This document shows positions 23,007 to 32,651 of a DNA stretch of 32,651 nt, in pieces. This DNA comes from Chiloscyllium plagiosum (lineage: Eukaryota), in NCBI RefSeq assembly GCF_004010195.1, contig NW_025215379.1, positions 16,169 to 48,819 on the forward strand. Reading direction: 5' to 3'. The translations under genes were made by a program, and so were the position numbers. A model generated the notes under the pieces. That model was given only the letters and a program-made list of their open reading frames with translations. It had not been told where the DNA came from and did no database searches. The stretch's first letter is position 1, and each line of letters opens with the position of its first letter.

Positions 23007-23429
23007 AGAAATTGAACCCATACTGTTGTCCTCACTCTGCATTGCAAAGCAGCTTCCCAGCCTACTGAACTGATCAATCCACAACTTACAAATTATATAC
23101 AAAAGATTTTATTGAGTAGTGTCCTTCCATTAGCAGTTCAATTTTAATTATGTCTCCAAAGGCCGGTAATTGAATGGAAATGACTGAAGTTCACAATGAA
23201 GATTTATTTGATCTGGAGGTATGATTACTTTGTCGGGATGGAAAAGAACTTTGGACCAGGATGAAGGGACATAATTTGCACTTGAAATTCTAAAATCTTT
23301 TGTGTTGGTGTAACCTATTTGGGACAAACTGCATCAGTAAAACCCCAAGCAGCTGAGTGAAAACTCCAGGCCAGTTTGACTTGATGTAATTACTTATATC
23401 ATTCATTCCAAGTAATTTGGAAACAACTC

Positions 23430-24300
23430 ACCAAGACTTTTGGCTATTGTAACACCACTATTCAAGAAAGAGAGGAGAGAAAATGCAGGGAGCAGGGTTA
23501 GGTGGAGGGGCAGGTAGTGTTGAGGAAGCAGGGAGGCTGCAGAAGGACTTAGACAGGATATGAGAGTGAGCAGAAAAGTGGCAGACGGAATGTAATGTGG
23601 GAAAGTATGAGGTTATGCAATTTGATAGGAAGAATAGAGGTGTAGAGGTATTTTCTGAATGGGGAAAGGCTTGGGAAATCTGAAGCCCAAAGGGACTTGG
23701 GCTTCCTAAATCACTATACTAGATTATAGTCCAACAGGTTTATTTGGAATCACTAGCTTTCAAAGTGCTGCTTCGTCAGGTCCTAAATCAGAGTTCTCTA
23801 AAGGTTAACATGAAGGTTCAGGTGGCAATTAGGAAGATACATGCAATGTTAACATTCATCTCAAGAGGACTAGAATAGAAGAGCAGAAATGTAGTTCTGA
23901 GGCTGTTTAAGACTCTGATCAGACCGCATTTGGAATATGGTGAGCAGGTGTGAGGCCTTGAGGGGGCCCAGAAGAGGTTTACAAGAAGGATCCCAGGGAT
24001 GAAGGGTTTGTCAAATTAGAAGCAGTTGAGGACTACGTAATGAAGTTTAGAAGGATAAGGGGGGGATCTGATTGAAACTTTCACAATACTGAGAGGCCAG
24101 GATACTGTAGATGTGAAGAATTTGTTTCCACTGTTGGAGAAATTAGGACCAAAGGTAGAGCCTCGGAGTGAGGAGGTGACCCTTTAAAACTAAGGTGAAG
24201 AGGCATTTCTTCAGCCAGAGGGCGGTGGCCCTGCTGCAAAAGACAATGGAGGCCAGGTCCTGAGTGTACTTAAGACAGGGATAGATAGGTTCTTGGTACA
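23430..24300 (+). mobile_element. CR1 fragment with internal deletions
   Basis: gtaacaccactattcaagaaag, gaggctgcagaaggacttagacagg (RLQKDLDR), LFKTLIRPHLEY and gaggcatttcttcagccagag. Confidence 0.8.
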
Positions 24301-24319
24301 TAATGGAAATGTAATTATT

Positions 24320-27300
24320 GGGTAAAATGGAAATCTCATTAACAAACGTATTAGCATTTTGACAAATTAACAAGTAGGGCAAATAAAAGGAAGCCACTAA
24401 GTATAGTATACTTGGATTTCCAAATGAAAAATAGAAGCTGAAAGATTTGGAAGTAATGTCTTAGCATGGATAAAAGATTATTAAAATAGCTTGGAAACAA
24501 AGAGCAGGGATAAGCAGTGCATTTTCAAATTGGCAGATTGTAGCTCGCCAAGTGCTACAAGGAGCATTGTGGAGGCCTCAGCTATTAATGAGCTAGATGA
24601 GGAGACAGGGAGTAAAGTATCTAAGTTTGATGATACAAAGCCAGGTATGAATGCAAACTGGATGCAATAAGTTTGCAAAGAGATAATTAAGTATATACCT
24701 ATCAGGCAGGGAGGTAGTTGGCAAGAGAGGGAGCTATGGTTTACTAAAGAAGTTGAAACTCTTGTCAAGAGGAAGAAGAAGGCTTATGTCAGGATGAGGT
24801 GTGAAGGCTCAGTTAGGGGGATTGAGAGTTATTCGTTAGCCAGAAAAGATCTAAAGAGAGCCGGAGGGACATGAGAAGTTGTTGACGGATAGGATCAAGG
24901 AAAACCCGTAGGCCTTCTACAGCTATATCACTAGAGTAAGAATAGGGCCAATCAAAGTTGTGTGTGGAATCTGAGGGCTTGGTGGAAATGCTTAATGAAT
25001 ACTTTTTGTCAGTATTCACATTTGAAGAGGGCAATGTTAGCGAGAATACGGAGGTACATGCTACAAGATTAGATGGGATTGAGGTTGACAAAGAGAAGGT
25101 TGAGATTTTGGAGGATTTGAAAATAGATATGACCCCTGGGCCAGATGGGATTTATTCTCTGATTCTCTGGGAAGCCAGGAAGGAGATTGAAGAACCTTTC
25201 ACTTCGATCTTTATGTCATTATAGTTGACAGGAGTAGTACCAGAAGACTGGAGGAGAATAAATGTTCCCTTGTTTAAGCAGGGGAGTTGAGACAACCCTG
25301 GTAATTATAGGCCAGTGAGCCTTACTTCAATTGTGGGTGAGGTGTTGGAAAAGGTTGTAAGACATAGGATTTATAATCATCTGGAAAGGAATAATTTGAT
25401 TAGAGATAGTCAACATGGTTTTGTGAAGGGTAGGTCGTGCCTCACTAACCTTATAGAGTTCTTCAAGTGACAAAACAGGTGGATGAGGGTAAAGTGGTTG
25501 TTGTGGTGTATATGGACTTCAGTAAGGCGTTTGATAAGGTTCCACACGGTAGGCTATTGCACAAATTACAGATTTTCGGGATTGAATGTGATTTAGCAGT
25601 TTGGATCAGAAATTGACGAGCTGAAAGAAGACAGAGTGGTGGTTGATGGGAAATGTTCATCTTGGAGCTCAGTTACCAGTGGTGTGCCACAACAATCTGT
25701 TTTGAGGCCACTGCTGTTTGACCTTTTTATAAATGATCTGGATGTGGGTGTAGAAGGATGGGTTAGTAAATTTGTGGATGATACTAAGTTAGGCAGAGTG
25801 GTGGATAGTGCTGAAGAATGTTGTGGGTTACAGAGGGACATAGATAAGATGCAGAGCTAGGCTGAGAAGTGGCAAATGGAGTTTAATGCAGAAAATTGTG
25901 AGGTAGTTCACTTCAGAAGAAGTAATAGGAATGCAGAGTCCTGTGCTAATGGTAAAATTCTTGGCAGTGTAGATGAACAGAGAGATCTCGGTGTCCTGGT
26001 GCATAAATCCCTGAAAGTTGCCACCCAGATTGATAAGTTTGTTAAGAAGGCATATGGTGTGTTGGCATTTATTGGTAGGGGGATTGAGTTTCAGAGCCAC
26101 AAGGTCATTCTTCAGCTGTACAAGACACTGGTAAGGCCACACCTGGAGTATTGCGTGCAGTTCTGATCACCGCATAATAGGAAGGATGTGGAAGCTTTGG
26201 AAAGAGTTCAGAGAAGATTTACTAGGATGTTGCCTGGTATGGAAGGGAAGGTCTTATGAGGAAAGGGTGAGGGAACTGAGACTGTTTTCATTGGAGAGAA
26301 GAAAGTTGAGAGGTGACTTAATTGAGACGTATAAAAATAATCAGAGAGTTAGATAGGGTGGACAGTGAGAGCCTTTTTCCTTGGATGGTGAAGGCTAGCA
26401 TAGCTTTAAATTGTGGGGTGATAGATATAGGACAGATATTACGGGTAGTTTCTTCACTCAGAGAGTCGTAAGGGTGTGGAACGGCTTGCCTGCAAAATTT
26501 GTAGACTTACCGACATTAAGGGCACATAAATGGGCATTGGACATACATATGGATAACACTGGAATGGTGTGGGTTAGGTGGGTATCAGATTATGTTCACA
26601 GGTTGGTGCAACTTCGAGGGCTGAAGGGCCTGTACTATGCTGTAACATTCTATGTTCTATTAAATGATTGGGAAATAAGGTAAGAGGTGGAATATTAAGT
26701 GGGGTTATTCATTTTCCAAGTAAAAATAGAGAAGTAGAATATTTTTCGAAAAAGATATGAAATTTGTAAATGTTTCGCAGAAGAGGTACATAATTATATT
26801 GAAACAAGAAACAGAGACAGTTAACATGCATATTCATTGTACGATGGCATATTGTACTGCAAACCCCTTGCAATAAAGGCCAAATTTATGGAAGTCTTTT
26901 GGCAATTATACAGGGTCTTGGTGAGACCACACCAGGTATACCATGTGCAGGTTTGCTCATTGACGAATGTATATACTGGCATTGGAGGCAGTACAGTGAA
27001 TGTTCACAAGATTGGCCTTTGGAATGAGAAAGTTGTCTTCAGAGAGAGAGAGTCAATTGGGCCTGTACTCTAGCATTTGAAAAATGCGTTGAACTAATTG
27101 AATCAAGATCCTTATGGGGCTAGACAGGGTTGACAGTAAAAGGTTGTTTCCATTGTAACTTGAAAACATGGGGGAAAAGTCTCAGGATAGAGAGCTGATC
27201 ACCTAAGTTGGAGATGAAGAAAAAGTTCTTCATTCTTTGTGAATCTCTGACATTCTCTAGACATGATGATAGTCGGCTGTGAAATCTGTTGAAGGTTGAG

Positions 27301-27320
27301 ACAGACAGATATTTGGTGTC
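24320..27320 (+). mobile_element. Older CR1 relic (24320-24679 and 26661-27320) hosting a younger CR1
   Basis: gtatctaagtttgatgatacaaag...tttgcaaagagata resumes after 26660 with taaatgattggg...; QLYRVLVRPH appears in ORF 26837..27073. Confidence 0.65.
24680..26660 (+). mobile_element. Younger 5'-truncated CR1/HER1-type LINE (about 2 kb) with a disrupted RT ORF
   Basis: TPGPDGIY, NYRPVSLTS, QHGFVKGRSCLTNLIEFF, YMDFSKAFDKVPH, GVPQQSVLRPLLF..INDLD..SKFVDDTK and LYKTLVRPHLEYCVQF, with stops and frameshifts. Tail (ttctatg)n. Confidence 0.95.
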
Positions 27321-27586
27321 TTAGGCCACCCTTTTCATATGGACATGTATGGAGTTCCATATGTTTATGTGGCAACTCATGAACTTCAGCTGTTTAAGGA
27401 TATGGCTCACCAACACCTCATCAGAAGAGTATAAATATGTGCAGCAAATACCAGCCTTGCCTGCAATGCTCATAAAATAGAAGCAACTATTTTAAACAGA
27501 GTATTGTTATGATATTAAATCATTCTTTTTAATTAAGCAAAATTTGCACATAAGATAATTTGCTTGTTTTTAAATACATTTAAAAT

Positions 27587-27877
27587 GGGCAGCATGATGG
27601 CTCAGTGGTTAGCACTGCTGCCTCACAGCGCCAGCCACCCGGGTTCGATTCCTGCATTGTTCGACTGTCTGTGTGGAGTTTGCACATTCTCCCTGTGTCT
27701 GTGTGGGTTTCCTCCGGGTGCTCCGGTTTCCTCCCACAGTCCAAAGATGTGCAAGTCAGGTGAATTGGCCATGCTAAATTGTCCATAGTGTTAGGTCCAT
27801 TAGTCATGGGTGAATATAGGGTTGGGAATGGGTCTGGGTGGGTTCCTCTTCGGAGGGTTGGTGTGGACTTATCTAAT
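27587..27877 (+). mobile_element. HE1 SINE with intact Pol III boxes
   Basis: A box tggctcagtgg at 27598-27608, B box ggttcgattcc at 27642-27652, HE1 core, shortened 3' tail. Confidence 0.92.
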
Positions 27878-28060
27878 CAGTAGTTCCCCCCGTGTCTGCT
27901 GGGGTACGTTCTAAGACCTACCGCAGATAGTAGCACACCCATTCGTTTCAATGGGAAATTTACCTCATCGGCAGCCCCCTGGTTCTGGAATGTTCCATGT
28001 AATATGTTCAGGCTGTGGGAAAATGCTGTAATCGGACCTGTGGATATGGTGGTCACCCTG
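27878..28060. mobile_element. Tigger/MER2-like MITE
   Basis: Ends cagtagttccccccgtgtctgc... and ...gtggatatggtggtcaccctg+TA are degenerate terminal inverted repeats resembling recalled MER2/Tigger termini. Confidence 0.55.
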
Positions 28061-28210
28061 TAATATGTTTAGCAGATATGTTCCAGGTACTTACAATTTA
28101 AGGATGTTTTAGGAGAAAATTGCAACTGAATCACACACATTAAGTTTCTCTAGTTGAAGTCCTCTAAAATGTTTTGTTGCTAAAAATATCTATTTTTCTC
28201 CACTACACAG

Positions 28211-28339
28211 ATATTTGATTCAGTGCCTGAAATTATAAACATCCATAAAAATATTCCTTTGCGACTAATTGATCGAAGAGACCAATCAGGAAGCCAAATG
28301 GAACAATGTACTCTGACTTTTCCATTGATACTGCATTAA
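28211..28339 (+). CDS. clnk: Terminal coding exon, SH2 C-terminus: IFDSVPEIINIHKNIPLRLIDRRDQSGSQMEQCTLTFPLILH*
   Basis: Acceptor tttttctccactacacag, phase 0, ends in TAA. FDSV..II..KN.P..LID..D..G....QC.LT.PL resembles the recalled CLNK C-terminus in motif and length. Confidence 0.88.
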   Translation: MFDSVPEIINIHKNIPLRLIDRRDQSGSQMEQCTLTFPLILH

Positions 28340-28904
28340 CATATTGATAGCATCATATGTTAATGATTTTTATCCTTTATTATTATCATTGTATACCTAA
28401 AACTGCACTAATTTATTTCAATGTAAATATTTCTATGTACATACTTCAGTACATGTTCCTACTGTACTTTTCTAACAACCTTCAGATAACTTGTTCACAA
28501 AAGCAGTTCACTGTCATTTAAGATAATAATACAGGAAAATATATGTTAAAAGAAAGGGCGATATGCTATTATATTTCTTGGAAAATGTAGAACTATAGCT
28601 TTTAACTATATCACTAATACTATTTTAACTTGTAACAAATGAAGATTGTCACCTTTTTTTGTATAGTTGTACATTTATCACTTTCGTAGGCAAAAGAAAA
28701 ATACAGAAATTCAACTTTGTTTGAGTAATTGTGGCTAATTTACCTGATTATTATGTATTACTGTATCCTGACTGGAATTAGGAACTGTGTGTGTCTTGTA
28801 AGGAACTGTGCTGGGGTCTTAACTATTCACTGCATTCACTCATGGCTCAAATGACATGAGAGAAAGCCATGTACCAAAATTTACCAAAGAAAGGTAAGTA
28901 ATGT

Positions 28905-29197
28905 GGATGGCACAGTGGCTCAGTGGTTAGCACTGCTGCCTAATAGTACCAGGGACCTGAGTTCAAATCCAGCCTTGGGTAACTGTCTATGTGGGGTATG
29001 CACATTCTTGCCACATCTGTGTGCATCCTCAAGGTGATCCAGTTTCCTCCCACAGTGTGCAGTTTAGGTGGATTGTTCATAGTGTTGAGAGTTGTGCATT
29101 CTAGGTGGGTTAGCCATTTTAAATGTGTGGCTATAGGCTATAGTTGTGTGGGTGGGGTTGCCAAATGGCCTCTATCTGCACTGTAGGGTTTTGATGA
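28905..29197 (+). mobile_element. HE1 SINE (diverged)
   Basis: ggcacagtggctcagtggttagcactgctgcc head, gagttcaaatcc B box, tttcctcccacagt core and gccaaatggcctctatctgcactgtaggg tail. Confidence 0.85.
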
Positions 29198-29727
29198 TAT
29201 TACAAATCTATTCACAAATAAGAATAGTCAATTGGAAGCATCCTCTGGGTCCTATTGTTATATTTTTCAGGCCTTTAGTTGGACGCAGAGAGCTCAATTA
29301 AGCTATTTTAAGAGCCCCAACTCTCAAATTACAACACTCAATATGAACTAAATTAAGGAAGGCTTCAGCACACCTTTATATGTAGAAGATGCAGGGAAAG
29401 GTGAGAGTGGTGGAGATGAGCCTTGCGGAGGGGTGGGTACAATCACAGAGATGGAGTAATTGTGAGGAATTGGAGAGAAGATCGTGGTACTTACACTGGC
29501 AGAGTAGAGAAAATCATTGACCTTCTCCCTGCAGTACTGGGCATTCTTTCAAAGGGCTGAGACTGCACTGACCTGGATCAGAAACTCGCAGCAGGCTGGC
29601 ACCCTCTCGTGTTGCAGCTTCCATTGTAAGTCCTGGAGATATTGGATGTCACATATCTGACTACACTGCCCATTAAGATCAGATCCCTGCTTGTAAAGTG
29701 GGCTCCAATTTTCCCTTCATTGTCAAA

Positions 29728-29976
29728 GACATGAGGGGCAAACGTTTTACACAAAGATGGTTCACATTTGGAATGAATTTCCTGAGGAAGTAGTGGATGT
29801 GGGCACAATTACAGCGCTTAAAAGACATTTGGATAAATACACAAATAAGAATGGTCTGGAGGGATATGGGCGAGGAGCAGGCAGGTGGGACAAGTTTATT
29901 TTAGGATTATGTTCAGCTTAGACTGGTTGGACCGAAGGACCTGTTTCCATGCTGTATGAACCTATGACTCTATGAC
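29728..29976 (+). mobile_element. CR1 (HER1-like) 3' end
   Basis: Homologous to 20578-20812; ends ctgtttccatgctgtatgaacctatgactctatgac. Confidence 0.85.
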
Positions 29977-29979
29977 TTT

Positions 29980-30810
29980 AAGTGGCATGCTGATCTCTAT
30001 TGCAAGAATTGCTATAATCATAAGGCCTCTGGTGAGACCACATTTGGTATTCTGTGCATAGGTTTGGTCTTCATATTTTAGCAAGAATATGCTTGCTCGA
30101 GCAGATGGTTAGCTCATTTGACTAGATGGATGGTGTGTGGATCATTTTGACGCACAGGGTTCAATTTCTGATCTGGCTGAGGTAGGCTTGAGACTTGTTT
30201 CCTTGCAGTAACAAGATTCACCAAGGAACATAGATGGAAGCATAAAAATTTCAAAGGATACCAGTAAGTTGATTAATCAGTAAAATTATATATAATAAGT
30301 TCATTGTGGCCAAAAAGAGTCATGCACTTTGGACCTAAAAAGGATAGAAAACAATTCTCTCAAACTGGTGAGAAAGGCAAAAACGGAGCAGATACAAAGG
30401 AATTCAGGCACATTAGTCATTAAAATGAAGGGAACAAGTACAGAAAATTATTTGGTCGTGTAGAGAGTGAAGTGTAGGTTGCATTGATTACATGATACCT
30501 GTATTCAGAAATGAAACTTTGAGTTGAGATTAAACATGTTGTATTCCCTCAAATTTAGAAGGTTAAGCATGAGTTGGTCAAAGTATTCAGGGAACTAACT
30601 GAAACATATAACATAAATTGAGTTTCCACTAGTTGGGAGTTTAACTCTAGGGGATTAGTCTAAAAATTAGAGTTAGACCTTTCAGGAGCTCAGTTAGGAA
30701 ATAATTCTTAATGCAGAGTGTGTTAGAAGTTTGAAACTCTCTCCAACAAGTGAAATCAATGTGAAATCAATTCTGAACTTTAACACAAAAGCTAATAGAA
30801 CTTTATTGCA
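29980..30810 (+). mobile_element. Old CR1 fragments with an inserted SINE head (30105-30205)
   Basis: aaggcctctggtgagaccacatttgg, tttagaaggttaag and ttctttaatgcagagtgtgttagaagtttgaaactctct. Confidence 0.55.
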
Positions 30811-31091
30811 GACCTTTAAAAAAAAATGTGGAAAATTTTGGCAAGGTTGAGAATATTAACTAGTGAAGGGGTTGGATATGGTGCTGTATGGCTGTGTGAG
30901 TAAGAAGCATAGAGGGCAGGAAGGATTAATCGTTTAGTAAGATGAGGTAAGTGAGAGCCATTGAGTAGACATGATGCATGTAATAGTGAGAATTGTAGTC
31001 CATGAACCTTGGTGAGGGGTGTGTACGGTGGCAGAGTTAGAGTGAGTAACGTTCTTCAGAGTGTGAAGTAATAGAGAGAAATTGATGGCAC

Positions 31092-31335
31092 TTAGTCTTG
31101 CAGAGGCCCCGAAGGTCAACAACTCTTCATTGTGTACTGTTGTATACTTCTTTTATCCCGGGACACAACAGTAACTTTTGCCACTAACTCAGTCTAGATT
31201 AGCTGCCTTTAGTGGCACGGCCTCTGTTGATGGTCAGAAGTCAAAATTGCCCTCCTTTCCTCCAACCTGTCCACTAGCAGTTCCAGTTCCCTGTCAATGA
31301 GATGGGATGCCAACTTCCCTTTCTGAGCTATGTCC
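31092..31335 (-). pseudogene. Myb/SANT-like DNA-binding ORF relic, probably from a Harbinger transposon
   Basis: AQKGKLASHLIDRELELLVDRLEERRAIL followed, after a stop or frameshift, by ELVAKVTVVSRDKRSIQQ..K..DL..SAR. This matches the MSANTD/Harbinger pattern F...ELE.LV..V..R..L...W..VA..V......R...Q..K...DL. Confidence 0.6.
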
Positions 31336-32284
31336 TCAGTGATGGCAGATGACCACTGTAGTATAAGGGGCAGTTCCTGCACTTGTGGCATTTGAAGTGG
31401 TATATGGCTCAAATTTAAATATGGTGACAGTGGCATGGTTGTTGAATGCTTTCATTCGTGATGAACATCTCTGACAATCCTGCTTTATGATTTCATGAGA
31501 TAAACACTGAGGAGATTGTTTGCATAATTAATGAATGAACAGTGACAGATTGCGTATGAAAAGTCAACATGGGCCATGATGGACCAGGCACCATGAATCT
31601 CACTGAGAAAAACACCAATTGAAAATAGGACAATTCAGCGCTCAGTATTTGAATCAAGCCATTACTAATGTGTAAATTGAACAGCAATGTGTTAAATACA
31701 CAGTAAACTGTCAATTGCTATTATCAGATGATTTCATGACTCCATTGTTCACAACATGCAGCTACATGCTCTTATACTCTCTGAGAGTTTCACTGAGTTG
31801 TTATATTTACCTATTAAGCTCACAGTGAGTGTGAAACATAGTAATTATTAGATATTCTTAATTCAATATTTGTCATGGTTAGTCATCAGTAAGTTGCCAA
31901 GGAAGTAAAACTGTAGTATATTATTCCTTCAGGTCATGAATTGTTGGGAGATTGATTCTTTCTGATTCATCTCTCTCTCTCTTAATCCAGTTCCTGATTC
32001 CCTCTGCATCTCTGTACCTGATTTCACATTGGAATTCACCCTCTTTAACACTGACTCCTCCCAACATTTCTGTTTCTTTCAAAACCTTTCAATTTGGTTC
32101 AGGAAATTGCATCAGTTTTTTTTAACCATTGCTCTACCCATGCCTTGGTCAGTTTGCATTTGGAGCAAATTTGTGGGTGAAACATTTTTCAGCTGAATGG
32201 TGCTGGAAGAAGTCCAGCAGGAACAGGAAATATGTGAAATTATTTATTCCTGCAAATTCTGGGCTTCTCTTTAAAATGCATTTA

Positions 32285-32651
32285 GGGGGGGATCCAAGAT
32301 GGCGGCGACCCAGTAAGACTGAGTCTATAGTGCTCCTCCCAAGACTTGGGCACAGTGGGTCACCTACCCCCTACCAAGCTCACCAAATCATTTATAAATC
32401 ATTTATAATAGTTTAGTAACTCAATTAGTTGTGTAATATTACATTTAAGCAACTTTATCCTAAGTTAAAATGACTAAAGGGAAGGGAGCCCGCAGCTCTC
32501 AGCAAGCAGGAACCCCTCCCCCACACTCTACAGCTGCAGCAGAGGCGTCCACAGCCGCCCCGGGAGACTTACCAACAGTAGCAAGTCTTGCAGAAATGCT
32601 TTCCAAGCTTGACTCGAAGATCGATGCCTGTATCGTCGAATCCAGGAATCG
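32285..32651 (+). mobile_element. 5' end of an L1-clade LINE (runs off the window)
   Basis: G-run start, CAAGATGGCGGC (YY1-type motif) at 32295-32306, upstream TT|AAAA target-like site at 32271-32276, retained CpGs and an ORF starting at 32470. Confidence 0.7.
32470..32651 (+). CDS. Putative L1 ORF1 N-terminus (partial): MTKGKGARSSQQAGTPPPHSTAAAEASTAAPGDLPTVASLAEMLSKLDSKIDACIVESRN
   Basis: Open from ATG 32470 to the window end, with a basic N-terminus, a low-complexity linker and a heptad-like L..ML..L...I stretch. Confidence 0.6.
   Translation, partial: MTKGKGARSSQQAGTPPPHSTAAAEASTAAPGDLPTVASLAEMLSKLDSKIDACIVESRN

Larger units (their letters stand above)
22275..23080 (-). mobile_element. 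tRNA-derived SINE (non-HE1) split by the foldback element
   Basis: The head at 23007-23080 (reverse complement contains gggttcaatttc B box) and the body at 22275-22418 flank the insertion. A related + strand head lies at 30105-30205. Confidence 0.55.

Noticed and set aside
24680..26660. Active reverse transcriptase gene
   Set aside because: It is 5'-truncated with multiple stops and frameshifts, and the catalytic motif reads FVDD. It is a dead CR1 copy.
27587..27660. tRNA-like sequence with A and B boxes
   Set aside because: It is the head of an HE1 SINE and continues into the SINE core, so it is not a tRNA gene.
30750..30771. Short tandem duplication gtgaaatcaat x2 (also atcatttataa x2 near 32388)
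   Set aside because: Ordinary slippage duplications inside repeats with no sign of function.

Overview
Eukaryotic, repeat-rich genomic DNA. The HE1 SINEs, CR1/HER1-type LINEs and Penelope-type tails point to a cartilaginous fish, probably a shark (inference). The window holds the 3' part of a + strand multi-exon gene that the ORF track largely misses. Ten candidate exons (352-28339) splice in frame into a Pro/Ser-rich region followed by a C-terminal SH2 domain of the SLP-76 adaptor family (LCP2/BLNK/CLNK), best resembling CLNK. Introns and the 3' flank are packed with transposon relics: five HE1 SINEs, many CR1 and L2 fragments (some nested), a probable solo LTR, piggyBac- and Harbinger-like relics, a MER2-like MITE, a 40-bp minisatellite grown out of a CR1 3' tail (with an assembly gap), and the 5' end of an apparently young L1 at the right edge. 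The most unusual non-coding signal is a foldback (long inverted-repeat) Penelope-derived element present twice with a similar spacer. It carries minimal hammerhead-ribozyme-like cores, the best preserved lying at 22507-22542 on the minus strand. I see no support for a wholly new protein-coding system. Family assignments rest on recalled motifs, not database searches.
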